A DNA stretch of 40,273 bases from a virus (IMGVR_UViG_3300023371_001771:64001-104273), one strand, 5' to 3'. Shown: positions 1 to 8,806, counted from the stretch's first letter. Translations and numbers: made by a program. The notes: generated by a model from the letters alone, not told the origin.

Positions 1-255
1 GCTGTTCTTAATAGCGCAGAGTATGCAGAAATTGCAGATTCTGATGAATTTAAGGCGCTTGTTTCTGAAATGGACAATTATTCCGTTGAAGAAATTAAGG
101 TGAAAGCGGATCTGCTATTTGCTGCTTCTATGAAGAAGAAGTTTAGTTTTGACTTTGAGGTTAATAAACCAGAAAAGAAGAGCTCTGTTGGTATTAATTT
201 TAGCGCTAAGCCTGATCCAAAGAAAGAGGCATATGCGGGACTTTTTAATGAATAA
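1..255 (+). CDS. C-terminal part of scaffold/prohead protein (5' truncated by window)
   Basis: Frame is open from base 1 (AVLNSAEYAEIADSDEFKALVSEMDNY...), so the track start at 70 is internal. Acidic helical protein ending AYAGLFNE just upstream of the capsid genes. Confidence 0.6.
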   Translation, partial: AVLNSAEYAEIADSDEFKALVSEMDNYSVEEIKVKADLLFAASMKKKFSFDFEVNKPEKKSSVGINFSAKPDPKKEAYAGLFNE

Positions 256-262
256 TTTTTAA

Positions 263-277
263 CAATACAAAAATAAT
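263..277 (+). repeat. 15-nt motif CAAYACAARAWTAAY, copy 1 of 4 (others 2015-2029, 6910-6924, 8089-8103)
   Basis: CAATACAAAAATAAT, CAACACAAGATTAAT, CAATACAAAATTAAT and CAACACAAAATTAAC, all at or just after gene ends. Confidence 0.55.
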
Positions 278-289
278 ATTTTATTACTT

Positions 290-315
290 AAGTGCCTATA
301 AATGGCACTTTTGTT
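290..315 (+). terminator. Intrinsic terminator-like hairpin
   Basis: AAGTGCC-TATAAAT-GGCACTT followed by TTGTT. Confidence 0.5.
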
Positions 316-355
316 ATATTAAAACAAATTTACAATGATGAAAGGATGAAAAATT

Positions 356-871
356 ATGGCACAGGATATTATTAATGCTAATCACATTGTTTGTGAGTCT
401 ACTAATATTTTGTCTACCAACTTTGGTGGCGGTCACATTTATTCTATCGCTATTTCCGAAGATATGGACAATGGTCTTCTAGTTGCTAGAGCTGACTATG
501 TTGCTGAAGAGTATGAAGACGAGGTTTGGAACATGAAGGAGTACGCCGCTGGCGACGAGCCCCTACTTCTACTAAATCCCCCACTACTACCCATGACCGA
601 GCTAAGAGGCTATTCTGATGAGGAAAGATTCTATAACGCTGAGGGCGATAGAGTTCGTGCTTATACTCTAAGACTGGGTGATCGTATCACCATGTCTGAA
701 AATGCTTTTGATAGGGCTCCTGCCGCAAAGCAGTATGTTACTTTTGATGCCGCTGCTAAGCAGTATGTTGTTGGCGATTCCAAGACCGAAGGTGAGTTCT
801 GCGCTCAGATTCTAACTGTTATTCCTCGTACTAACAGAATGATGTATAAGATGCAGGTCGTAAGCCTATAA
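356..871 (+). CDS. Capsid-associated (decoration/stabilising) protein, 171 aa
   Basis: Lies between scaffold and major capsid genes; high-expression codon style. Function inferred from position only. Confidence 0.55.
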   Translation: MAQDIINANHIVCESTNILSTNFGGGHIYSIAISEDMDNGLLVARADYVAEEYEDEVWNMKEYAAGDEPLLLLNPPLLPMTELRGYSDEERFYNAEGDRVRAYTLRLGDRITMSENAFDRAPAAKQYVTFDAAAKQYVVGDSKTEGEFCAQILTVIPRTNRMMYKMQVVSL

Positions 872-896
872 GTTTGAGAAAGGAGGATGAACAGTT

Positions 897-2009
897 ATGA
901 ATAAGTTAATGAGATTTGATGCTCACGTTCGTGAGATTTTTGAAAACGAAGAAGCTAAGCTAGTTGCTTTTAATAAGCTAATGACTGATGTTGCTAACGG
1001 TAATGAACTAGAGGGTGGTCTAACTGCCAGAGAAGCTAATGACAAGATTGTTTCTATGTTTAACAAGGTTCTTGGTATTAACGAGAATTCTAGTAAGGCA
1101 GATATCCGCAAGGCTATCCGTAGAAATCAGCAGGTTCTATTTGATCTAATTGAGGAAGTTGTTCCAAATCTACTTCGCACTGGTTGGCAGGATAATCCCT
1201 TCTTCAACGAGTATGTTGAGACTAGAAATCTAGACATTGGTGACAAGGCAATGTTCTATACCGAGGACGAAACTCTACTAACTGTTTCCAAGGTTTCTGG
1301 TAACCATTGGGACATTGACAGACAGAGACTCGGCAGAGGCTCTAGCTTCACTGTTGAGACTTCCTGGTATGGCATTGGCGTTTACAGTGAGTATGAGAGA
1401 CTACTAACTGGCGCTGAGGACTTCGCCACTTTCGTGACCAAGCTATATGAAGCTATTGACAGATTTGTTAATGAGTCTATTTATCAGGCAATGATTACTG
1501 CAGCAGAGCAGCTACCTGGCGGCGCTACTGGTTCTGGCCAGTGGGTCAAGACTGGTGATCTAAATGAGACCACCAAGGAAGTGTTTATGCAGCTAGTTGA
1601 AGATATCCAAATGGCTACTGGTATGGATGTTGTCATTATGGGCACCAAGACCGCTCTAAGCAAGCTAGAGGGCATGCAGGATATCGATTGGGTTTCTGAG
1701 GACATGAGAGTTCAGAGAAACACAACTGGTAGAATTGGCTACTTCGAGGGCATTAGACTAGTTGAGCTCAAGCAGGGCTTCCGTCTAAATGATACCACTA
1801 ATAGACTAGTTGACGACAAGCAGCTTCTAATTATGCCTGTTGGCGACAACAAGTTCATTAAGGTTATCAACGAAGGCAATCCTGAAATGAGACAGGTCAA
1901 TGATAACACCGCAAATCAGGACATGACCTACGATTATCGTTACATGTTCAAGATGGGCGTTGGTGTCCAGATTGGTCTACTATTCGGTGTTTGGAACATT
2001 GCGGTTTAA
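897..2009 (+). CDS. Major capsid protein, 370 aa
   Basis: Strong SD (AGGAGG), strongest codon bias in the window, size and position typical of an HK97-fold major capsid protein. Confidence 0.8.
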   Translation: MNKLMRFDAHVREIFENEEAKLVAFNKLMTDVANGNELEGGLTAREANDKIVSMFNKVLGINENSSKADIRKAIRRNQQVLFDLIEEVVPNLLRTGWQDNPFFNEYVETRNLDIGDKAMFYTEDETLLTVSKVSGNHWDIDRQRLGRGSSFTVETSWYGIGVYSEYERLLTGAEDFATFVTKLYEAIDRFVNESIYQAMITAAEQLPGGATGSGQWVKTGDLNETTKEVFMQLVEDIQMATGMDVVIMGTKTALSKLEGMQDIDWVSEDMRVQRNTTGRIGYFEGIRLVELKQGFRLNDTTNRLVDDKQLLIMPVGDNKFIKVINEGNPEMRQVNDNTANQDMTYDYRYMFKMGVGVQIGLLFGVWNIAV

Positions 2010-2054
2010 TCTTACAACACAAGATTAATATAGGAATAAAAGGAGAAATTTAAT

Positions 2055-2615
2055 ATGGCGAACAAGAAAGAAACTATTTCCGAGGAAATTGAAACTATGG
2101 CTGATGTTGAAATGGATGATGAAGTGAAGCCAGCAACAAAGAAGCCCATTGCTAAAAGCTCTCGTAAGTATGCTCCAGATGATATGATCACTTGCCGAAG
2201 CATTACTTACGGAGAGCTTTTGCTCGCAGGTAAGAAATCTAAATTGCTATACAGTTGGGCGAACTACGGCGATACAACTGATGTTGAATTCCAGGATCTT
2301 CAGGCGCTAAAGTCTACAAGATCCACTTATCTATTTAAGCCTAGGATTGTTATTGAAGATGAAGAGCTTGTTGAGCAGTGGGATAAGGATTTTGGCGAGA
2401 TGTATAAGAGTATTGTAGATGTTGATGTTGAAGATATGTTTAAGCTCCCACTGAATCAGTTTAAGTCTAGGCTAAAGAAGGCACCAAAGGGTGTGCAGCA
2501 GGCAGTTAAGAATATTGCTGGAGAGAAGATTCTTAATGGATCTTTAGATAGTTTGGCCAAGGTCAAAGCAATTGATGATATCCTCGGAACTGATCTTAAA
2601 CTTTACATCAAGTAA
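2055..2615 (+). CDS. Phage head-associated hypothetical protein, 186 aa
   Basis: SD AGGAG, directly after the capsid gene; charged N-terminus. Confidence 0.6.
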   Translation: MANKKETISEEIETMADVEMDDEVKPATKKPIAKSSRKYAPDDMITCRSITYGELLLAGKKSKLLYSWANYGDTTDVEFQDLQALKSTRSTYLFKPRIVIEDEELVEQWDKDFGEMYKSIVDVDVEDMFKLPLNQFKSRLKKAPKGVQQAVKNIAGEKILNGSLDSLAKVKAIDDILGTDLKLYIK

Positions 2616-2632
2616 TTTGGAGGTGACCTTAG

Positions 2633-3055
2633 GTGGCTACTCCATATGAAAAGGTGTATGGTCGTTTTTTAAATCGTACTACAGATTTTAATTTGGTAGA
2701 TTTAGATGATTATACATTAAATGAAATGCTTAAAGGTTGGCTAAGTAGTGCAATTGTAAATGTACGAACTTCTAGTGATCTTTCTGCGCGTGATGACGAA
2801 AATGAAGCATTTGATAATGATTTGACTGACAGAGATATTGAGTTACTTGCCATGGGTATGACTATGGCATGGATTGATCAATATTTAAACTCTACCGAGA
2901 ATGTACTTCAGTTTATTGGAGGAAAGGAAGAGAAGTACTATAGTCAAGCAAACCATATTGCTGAACTTCGTGCGTTACGTGAAGATACGAGATTAGAAAT
3001 GAAACGTCTTCACAGTTATGGTACTTATACCAATAATGCTTATTTTGATGATTAA
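2633..3055 (+). CDS. Putative head-tail adaptor, 140 aa
   Basis: GTG start with GGAGG SD; small helical protein in the neck-gene position. Confidence 0.5.
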   Translation: MATPYEKVYGRFLNRTTDFNLVDLDDYTLNEMLKGWLSSAIVNVRTSSDLSARDDENEAFDNDLTDRDIELLAMGMTMAWIDQYLNSTENVLQFIGGKEEKYYSQANHIAELRALREDTRLEMKRLHSYGTYTNNAYFDD

Positions 3056-3068
3056 GGAGGTGCTTTGA

Positions 3069-3374
3069 ATGAACATTTACACAGAAGCGCCTCCAAATCA
3101 GATAGCGGCAGAGAAAGCCTACTTTGTCTCTGCCATATTTAAGCTGCTGCCATACAAGCAAGATAACTACGAATATCTTGATAATTATTTTGAATCAGTG
3201 CTACAACGGCTAATCGGATTCAATAAAATTTCTGGTTTTCAGCCAGAAGTAATTACTATTATGAGCCTTCTTGAATATGCACGAGAAGAAGATAATTATC
3301 AAAAATATCGTAAAGCAATTCTTGACGCTTGTGGATTGGTAGAGTTTATTAAGGAGAGTGACGCTCATGCTTGA
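3069..3374 (+). CDS. Hypothetical virion morphogenesis protein, 101 aa
   Basis: SD AGGAGG; lies within the neck block. Confidence 0.55.
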   Translation: MNIYTEAPPNQIAAEKAYFVSAIFKLLPYKQDNYEYLDNYFESVLQRLIGFNKISGFQPEVITIMSLLEYAREEDNYQKYRKAILDACGLVEFIKESDAHA

Positions 3375-4449
3375 AAGTTATAAACTTCGTATGGCCGCAT
3401 TTGGGTCACATGATGGTGAAGCTAGGCGTAAAAACTCTCAAAAAATTATGGATGCATCATGGATGCGTGATCCAGCCACTAAGCTTGTTTATGTTAAATG
3501 GGTTAATAGTGGCTTACCTGTTGTTGATGATGACGATATTCCAGTTTACGCTAAATTTAACGTAAAGTCGTATCACAACATAACAGGCGATGAAATTGCT
3601 TATTTATTGCAGTTTAGGCTGGAAGATATGAGGCAAAGACCTGATATTAAAGTTGGCTCTTATGTGCAGATTAGAAATGAGATGGACGAACCTGAGTGGT
3701 GGCTGATTGTTCATTATGATGACAGAACACAGTTTAGGCAATATTCAATATTAAAGTGTTTATGGACCTATAAGTGGGTAAGTCATAAAGATGGCAAAAG
3801 AGTTATTCATCAGTGTCTTGGTGCGCCAAGAAAACAAAATTCATATAATAGTGGCGAATGGTTGGATTATACTTTTCAGATTGTAGAAAACCAACATGTT
3901 GCTATGATGCCGTCTAATGATGACGCAAATACTATTGGATATGAAACTAAATTTTTAATCTCAAATGAGGGTAGATATCCTCCGCTCGCATGGAATGTAT
4001 CTAAAGTTCAGCCGTCATTAAATGGTGCTGTTACAAACTTCACTATGACGCAAGAACAATTTAATCCAGCTAAAGATAATGCTGAATTAATGATTGCTGG
4101 CTATTGGGACAATGCAGTGGAGCCAGAAGTTCTAGAATCTGAAGAAATTCCAACATTTAGCGATCTTGAAATTGTGTATTCTAGTAAACCCGCAGTCCGC
4201 GCTGGTGGAGGCTATAAGAAGTTTACACTTAAGGCGCGTGTTGATGGTAAACTTGTTGATTGCACAGACGAGGTTAAATGGGGTTTTGATTTTGGTAAAT
4301 ATCAAGATAAACTTGAGTGCGTGCCAAAAAATGATACATTTAAAGTTAAATGTGAAAATGATTATTCGTTAATTGGCAAAACGTTTACAATTACTGCAAC
4401 AAGCAAGCATAGTTCAACATCTATCATAGTGGAGGTGATTTCATTATGA
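3367..4449 (+). CDS. Putative head-closure/neck protein with C-terminal Ig-like domain
   Basis: ATG 3367 (MLESYK) is better spaced from AGGAG than the track start at 3358. Beta-rich, with an Ig-like tail (FTLKA...VKW...IGKTFTITA). Confidence 0.45.
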   Translation: MLESYKLRMAAFGSHDGEARRKNSQKIMDASWMRDPATKLVYVKWVNSGLPVVDDDDIPVYAKFNVKSYHNITGDEIAYLLQFRLEDMRQRPDIKVGSYVQIRNEMDEPEWWLIVHYDDRTQFRQYSILKCLWTYKWVSHKDGKRVIHQCLGAPRKQNSYNSGEWLDYTFQIVENQHVAMMPSNDDANTIGYETKFLISNEGRYPPLAWNVSKVQPSLNGAVTNFTMTQEQFNPAKDNAELMIAGYWDNAVEPEVLESEEIPTFSDLEIVYSSKPAVRAGGGYKKFTLKARVDGKLVDCTDEVKWGFDFGKYQDKLECVPKNDTFKVKCENDYSLIGKTFTITATSKHSSTSIIVEVISL

Positions 4450-4967
4450 TAAGAAATATTCAGACCGTTAATGACGATATTATTGAAATGAAACGATTGA
4501 TAAAACAAAAGTTAATAGCCGACACGGACATTCTTGAAGCGTTACATGATCCTAAGATTGACATGGATAGTCCAGATGAATTTTTGGACACTCATATTTA
4601 CGGGTTTATTAGAATACCGCAAACACAAGATACTGTTCGAAATTTTATTTGTTTTACAGTTGATGACATTGAGGAACATCGTTTTAATGATGCTATGAAG
4701 ATCCAATACATTCAGTTTAATTGCATATGTCACTTAGAAGATATGAAGACAGAGTATGGAATCGACAGACATGACTTATTAGGTTTCTTGGTTAGAGATA
4801 TATTCAACTGGACCAATATATTTGGGTTACAGTTTAAATTAATTTATAACAAAGAGAGCACTATAGACTCAGACTATTATTGCAGAACATTGAAGTTTGA
4901 AGCCGTAAAACCAAACATGTTAAATAAAGCAAGGATGGACAACTTATATGATAAGTATGGACGTTGA
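4446..4967 (+). CDS. Putative tail terminator/completion protein, 173 aa
   Basis: ATGA overlap with the previous gene; size and position two genes before the tail tube. Confidence 0.45.
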   Translation: MIRNIQTVNDDIIEMKRLIKQKLIADTDILEALHDPKIDMDSPDEFLDTHIYGFIRIPQTQDTVRNFICFTVDDIEEHRFNDAMKIQYIQFNCICHLEDMKTEYGIDRHDLLGFLVRDIFNWTNIFGLQFKLIYNKESTIDSDYYCRTLKFEAVKPNMLNKARMDNLYDKYGR

Positions 4968-5676
4968 TGATTTGAAACTTTATATTGGCGATGATTTTAT
5001 TATTAATGATAATATTAAAGTTTTACAGCCGACAATAAAGAAAATTGCTGAATTTGGTGAGCGCGACTTCTTTTCTGTGGTTCATACAATAACAGCCATA
5101 CCTAGCGACATGAAGTCTCAGCTTTGGGATATGGGGCTGGATTGGGTTGAAGTTGATGATTTTGAACTTTTTATGATGCTTGCGCAGACATTGACACCTG
5201 AGAGAACTGCACTTTTATTTGGAGATTTGGATTTTTCTAAGTTAAGACCATTTAGAAATAATCAAAATGGAGATATTGTTTTAGCTGATAGAGAAACTGG
5301 AACTATTATCGATAAAATGATATATCTCAGAATTGTAGGCTATCTTCGTAAGGCATTTAATATTACGCCGAAAATTGAAAAGGCAGCTAATAAAATGACC
5401 AGAAAAATATTAATTGAAGAAGATAGAAAAAAAATTGAATTTAACAAAGACAAGCCTTTTAAGTCTTTTTTGTTGCCGTTGATTTCATCTGTAAAAGTTA
5501 GGCAAGGTTATACTAAAGATTATGTGCTCAATATGGGGTATGTGGAATTTATGAATGACGTTGCTAGGTTGCAGGTGATTCATAACGCAGATCATTTGTT
5601 GAGTGCGTGTTATGCTGGCACTATAGATATGAAGAAGATTAACAAGGCTGAACTAAACTGGATGAAGGAGCTGTAA
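4948..5676 (+). CDS. Hypothetical tail-associated protein, ~240 aa
   Basis: Overlaps the previous gene and precedes the tail tube gene. Confidence 0.55.
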   Translation: MISMDVDDLKLYIGDDFIINDNIKVLQPTIKKIAEFGERDFFSVVHTITAIPSDMKSQLWDMGLDWVEVDDFELFMMLAQTLTPERTALLFGDLDFSKLRPFRNNQNGDIVLADRETGTIIDKMIYLRIVGYLRKAFNITPKIEKAANKMTRKILIEEDRKKIEFNKDKPFKSFLLPLISSVKVRQGYTKDYVLNMGYVEFMNDVARLQVIHNADHLLSACYAGTIDMKKINKAELNWMKEL

Positions 5677-5723
5677 TGGCTCTTTTATTATATTTAAAAT
5701 TTATTTTATGGAGGTAATTGATT

Positions 5724-6356
5724 ATGGCTTTCGATATTAATAATTTCGTTATTGATAGAATCGTCCGTGGTGTTGCTCTTTCTCAGAAGGATGATTCCGT
5801 ACTATTCTCTATTAACCAGATCCAGAACGCTTCCCTAAACTGCGCTTCTGAGTCTACTGACGCTGTTGACGCTCTAGGTACTCCTATTGCTACCTTCTAT
5901 CGCGCCAAGACTGCCGAATTCTCTGCTGAGAACGCCCTGTTCGACATGAACCTAATGGCCACCCAGCTTGGTACCGAGAAGACTGTTGCTTCCGCATCTT
6001 CCAAGGTGACTGTTCCTGCTATGGAGAGCTTCACTGTTGTTGATGGTGGCAAGTATACTCTAAAGCATGCTCCTAAGGCTGCTCCTACTGAGATTTATGC
6101 TATCAATGGCGACAGCACCTTTGGCGTGAAGTACACCAAGGCAACTGCGGCTTCCGATGTTGCTTTTGCTTATACTGATGCTGATTATACTCTAACTCTA
6201 CCCACTGGCGTTGCAGTTGGTACTGAGATGTTTGTTATGTATGAGTATGAGACTGAGAATGCTGTTGAAGTTGTTAACTCTGCTAAGAACTTCCCTGTTG
6301 GCTGCAAGTTCATCATGGAAGTGCTAGGTTGTGACGTATGCGACCAAACTAACCTT
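5724..6356 (+). CDS. Major tail (tube) protein, exon 1 (211 aa)
   Basis: ATG 5724 is 9 nt after GGAGG. High-expression codons. Ends ...CDQTNL at the predicted 5' splice site; the TAA at 6357 is the start of the intron. Confidence 0.75.
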
Positions 6357-6728
6357 TAAGACTACGAATTAAATTTTCGTCTTACTTAGAGCGCAATAAT
6401 TGGAAACATTATTGTGTATGTTCTTGAATTGCTGGAAACTCCTTAGAGTCTTATTGCTACAACATAAGGATGAAATACGCCTAAGTGTGAACGCTTGAAA
6501 AATATAAGAATTGGAAAATCAGCAGCCAAGCTCCGAACAGGAGAAGGTTCGACGGTCATTCGCTGAAATGCGATTAGGAGCAAGCGCTCCGAAGTGGGAA
6601 CCACCTAAGTTTATATATAAATATGGTGAATGATATGACCTTGACTTGTATGAGAATACAAGAAATACTATTTATATTGAATGAATAGTTCTTTGTTATT
6701 GTAGCGAAATAATGAAGTAAAATAATCG
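6357..6728 (+). mobile_element. Group I intron, ORF-less, 372 nt, subgroup IA-like
   Basis: P1: CTT|TAAG pairs with CTTAGAG (6385-6391), giving U6356.G6389. P element AATTGCTGGAAA (6427-6438); Q element AATCAGCAG (6517-6525). P7: ACGGTCA (6552-6558) with TGACCT (6636-6641). P3: GTTCTT (6420-6425) with GGGAAC (6596-6601). P7.1/P7.2 hairpins present; terminal G at 6728. Splicing restores the reading frame. Confidence 0.9.
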
Positions 6729-6890
6729 ATCTATGCATACGTAATTTTCAACAACTTCAAACTAAGCCCAGACTTCGACTGGAGCATCGCCACTGACGGT
6801 GCACATCCCTTCTCTGGTCGTGCACAGCAGGATTATTGCGATAAAGAGAAGAGACTATTCTCCATCGTTATCCCTGGCGATGAGGAATAA
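6729..6890 (+). CDS. Major tail protein, exon 2 (53 aa; missing from ORF track)
   Basis: Reads IYAYVIFNNFKLSPDFDWSIATDGAHPFSGRAQQDYCDKEKRLFSIVIPGDEE*, in frame with exon 1 after splicing, with the same codon style (CTA, TTC, AAC). Joined product is 264 aa. Confidence 0.85.
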   Translation: MYAYVIFNNFKLSPDFDWSIATDGAHPFSGRAQQDYCDKEKRLFSIVIPGDEE

Positions 6891-6905
6891 TTTGAATTAT
6901 AACAC

Positions 6906-6934
6906 TTGACAATACAAAATTAATGTGTTATAAT
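6906..6934 (+). promoter_or_regulatory. Consensus sigma-A/sigma-70 promoter with extended -10
   Basis: TTGACA (6906-6911), 17-nt spacer ending TGT, TATAAT (6929-6934). Confidence 0.85.
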
Positions 6935-6936
6935 GT

Positions 6937-7051
6937 ATACAAGATAGAGGAAAACTGATCATTTTTCTTGATAAGAGGTGGGGCCTCTCACCCACCTCTT
7001 CTTGTATTATTTAATAATGAGAGAGTGTTAACTAGAGAGGTAGTAATTATG
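6937..7051 (+). promoter_or_regulatory. Structured 5' leader of the HNH gene
   Basis: Closing stem ATACAAGA/TCTTGTAT encloses a GAAAA-CTGATCA-TTTTTC hairpin and a 10-bp AAGAGGTGGG/CCCACCTCTT hairpin. The loop of the latter is complementary to the SD. Confidence 0.55.
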
Positions 7052-8116
7052 AGGTTTACAAAATCATTTTATGATTGGTGCGTTGAAAACAGTCGAATAG
7101 ATTTAAATGATAGATTTGACGAAGAAAAGAATGGTTGTGCGTCAAAAGACATTTCTTGTAAGAGCAATAAAAAGATGTGGTTCAAATGTCCTCGCGATTT
7201 ACATGAAAGTGAGCAGCATTATATGTATGCTGTTACTTTGGATAAAAAAGCAAAAATAATTTGCAGTAAGTGTAATAGTATTGCTCAAGTGGTAATTGAT
7301 AAATTTGGGGAACAATACTTGCGAAATCATTGGCATAAGTCTAATATAATGAACCCATGGGATATTGCTAATGGTCATTCAAGATTAAAGATTCTTATTC
7401 AATGCACAAACAAAGACTATCATGTTTATGAGCAAACGCCTCAATCGTTTGGCAGGGGAATTGGATGTCCATATTGTAATGGAAAAAAAGTACATCCAAA
7501 TGATAGTTTGGCAGTGTTATATCCAGATATTGTAAATAGATGGTCAGATAAAAATGACAAAAGTCCATACGAGTATACTGTACAGTCAAACAAAAAAGTT
7601 TGGTTAAAGTGTCCAGAAGGAAAGCATGATGATTACTTGCAAGCACTCAATGCAGCGTATAAATATCAATATGGATGTTATGAGTGTTACAAAGATGCGC
7701 TTAGTGAAAACAAAAAAGGTGAAAATAATTATTTTTGGAAAGGCGGCATCAATGGCGAGAATGATACTCTAAGACACCGTCGAGAATATAAAGAATGGCG
7801 CACATCTGTTTATGAACGTGATGATTACACATGTCAATGTTGCGGTATTCGTGGTGGCAAATTAAACGCACACCATATTAATCAATTTTCTGACCATCCA
7901 GAGTTAAGATATAATGCTAATAATGGAATCACTTTATGTGTCAAATGCCACGATTCTTCTGAGAGTGGTTCGTTCCATAACATTTATGGAACGCACAACA
8001 CAACTTCTTCTCAGCTTAGAGAATATATTATTAACAAATCTGGAAAAGATATTTTTCAAACTAACCCCAATTTACTATATGATTTCAACAACACAAAATT
8101 AACGTGCGCTTCATAG
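7049..8116 (+). CDS. Free-standing HNH homing endonuclease with N-terminal zinc-ribbon repeats, 355 aa
   Basis: ATG 7049 follows GAGAGG. Zinc-ribbon-type units (KKMWFKC, GCPYC, KKVWLKC) precede RDDYTCQCCG..LNAHH..NGITLCVKCH, an HNH core. Codon style differs from flanking genes. Confidence 0.88.
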   Translation: MRFTKSFYDWCVENSRIDLNDRFDEEKNGCASKDISCKSNKKMWFKCPRDLHESEQHYMYAVTLDKKAKIICSKCNSIAQVVIDKFGEQYLRNHWHKSNIMNPWDIANGHSRLKILIQCTNKDYHVYEQTPQSFGRGIGCPYCNGKKVHPNDSLAVLYPDIVNRWSDKNDKSPYEYTVQSNKKVWLKCPEGKHDDYLQALNAAYKYQYGCYECYKDALSENKKGENNYFWKGGINGENDTLRHRREYKEWRTSVYERDDYTCQCCGIRGGKLNAHHINQFSDHPELRYNANNGITLCVKCHDSSESGSFHNIYGTHNTTSSQLREYIINKSGKDIFQTNPNLLYDFNNTKLTCAS

Positions 8117-8130
8117 CGCACTTTTATTTT
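8104..8130 (+). terminator. Intrinsic terminator at the end of the HNH gene
   Basis: GTGCGCT-TCAT-AGCGCAC followed by TTTTATTTT. Confidence 0.7.
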
Positions 8131-8152
8131 ACTGAAAGGAGCGTGAGCCAAA

Positions 8153-8491
8153 ATGGCAAGGCGTGATAGAAAATGCTATCTATGTAGCACTTCATATAAA
8201 TATTGTCCCACATGCAGTGATGATAAAAATAAACCCTCCTGGATGGCCGAATTCCACAGCGAAAACTGCAAAAACATTTTTCAAATTTGCACAAACTTTA
8301 ACCTAAATCTTCAGTCCAAATCTGAGGCCAAAGCTGCGCTAGAGCAGTGTGACCTCTCCAATAAAGCAAATTTCAAGTCTTTTGTACAGACTGACCTAGA
8401 AAATATTTTTAAAGAAGAACCCAAGGCCAAGCGTTTTAAGCGCGAGGAGCCAGAAGTAATACATGAAGTAGTTGATCAAGAAAATGAATAA
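8153..8491 (+). CDS. Small putative Zn-binding phage protein, 112 aa
   Basis: CYLC-x5-CPTC...HSENC pattern; SD AGGAG. Confidence 0.6.
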   Translation: MARRDRKCYLCSTSYKYCPTCSDDKNKPSWMAEFHSENCKNIFQICTNFNLNLQSKSEAKAALEQCDLSNKANFKSFVQTDLENIFKEEPKAKRFKREEPEVIHEVVDQENE

Positions 8492-8540
8492 GGCACTATA
8501 ACTTCATGTTCAACGCGAGGTTTTGGTGCCTTATTTTTTA
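8487..8540 (+). terminator. Long hairpin terminator
   Basis: AATAAGGCACTA pairs with TGGTGCCTTATT, followed by a T-run. Confidence 0.6.
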
Positions 8541-8562
8541 TGCAAAAAAGGAGAAACGAAAC

Positions 8563-8790
8563 ATGATGACTTTTTCTAAGCTATTTAACCGTTATTATGA
8601 CGCAGAAAACGTAGTTTTTATAACAAACATGTTGCAGTGCCAGAAATATCTCAACAACGGCGCAACAGCAGATCTTGTAGATATTTTATACAGCGGCACA
8701 AAGCACAAAGACACATTAGTCTTCGTATTCCAAAAAACCCCTCTTGTCAAAGAGCTCTATCGCAAATGGCAAGCGCATGAGCTAAATTAA
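8563..8790 (+). CDS. Small hypothetical phage protein, 75 aa
   Basis: ATG 8563 follows AGGAG; the track start at 8506 lies inside the terminator. Confidence 0.6.
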   Translation: MMTFSKLFNRYYDAENVVFITNMLQCQKYLNNGATADLVDILYSGTKHKDTLVFVFQKTPLVKELYRKWQAHELN

Positions 8791-8806
8791 AAGTGAGGTG
8801 TTTCTT

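Noticed and set aside
6950-6967. GAAA...CTGATCA as a hammerhead ribozyme core
   Set aside because: The core would need CUGANGA and correctly arranged stems; the sequence instead forms a simple hairpin.
6968-7048. Extended TTG start for the HNH gene
   Set aside because: It runs through the leader hairpin and has no SD; ATG 7049 has a well-spaced GAGAGG.
8153-8790. Tail assembly chaperone pair with programmed -1 frameshift
   Set aside because: No convincing slippery heptamer at the end of 8153-8491, and a terminator separates the two genes.
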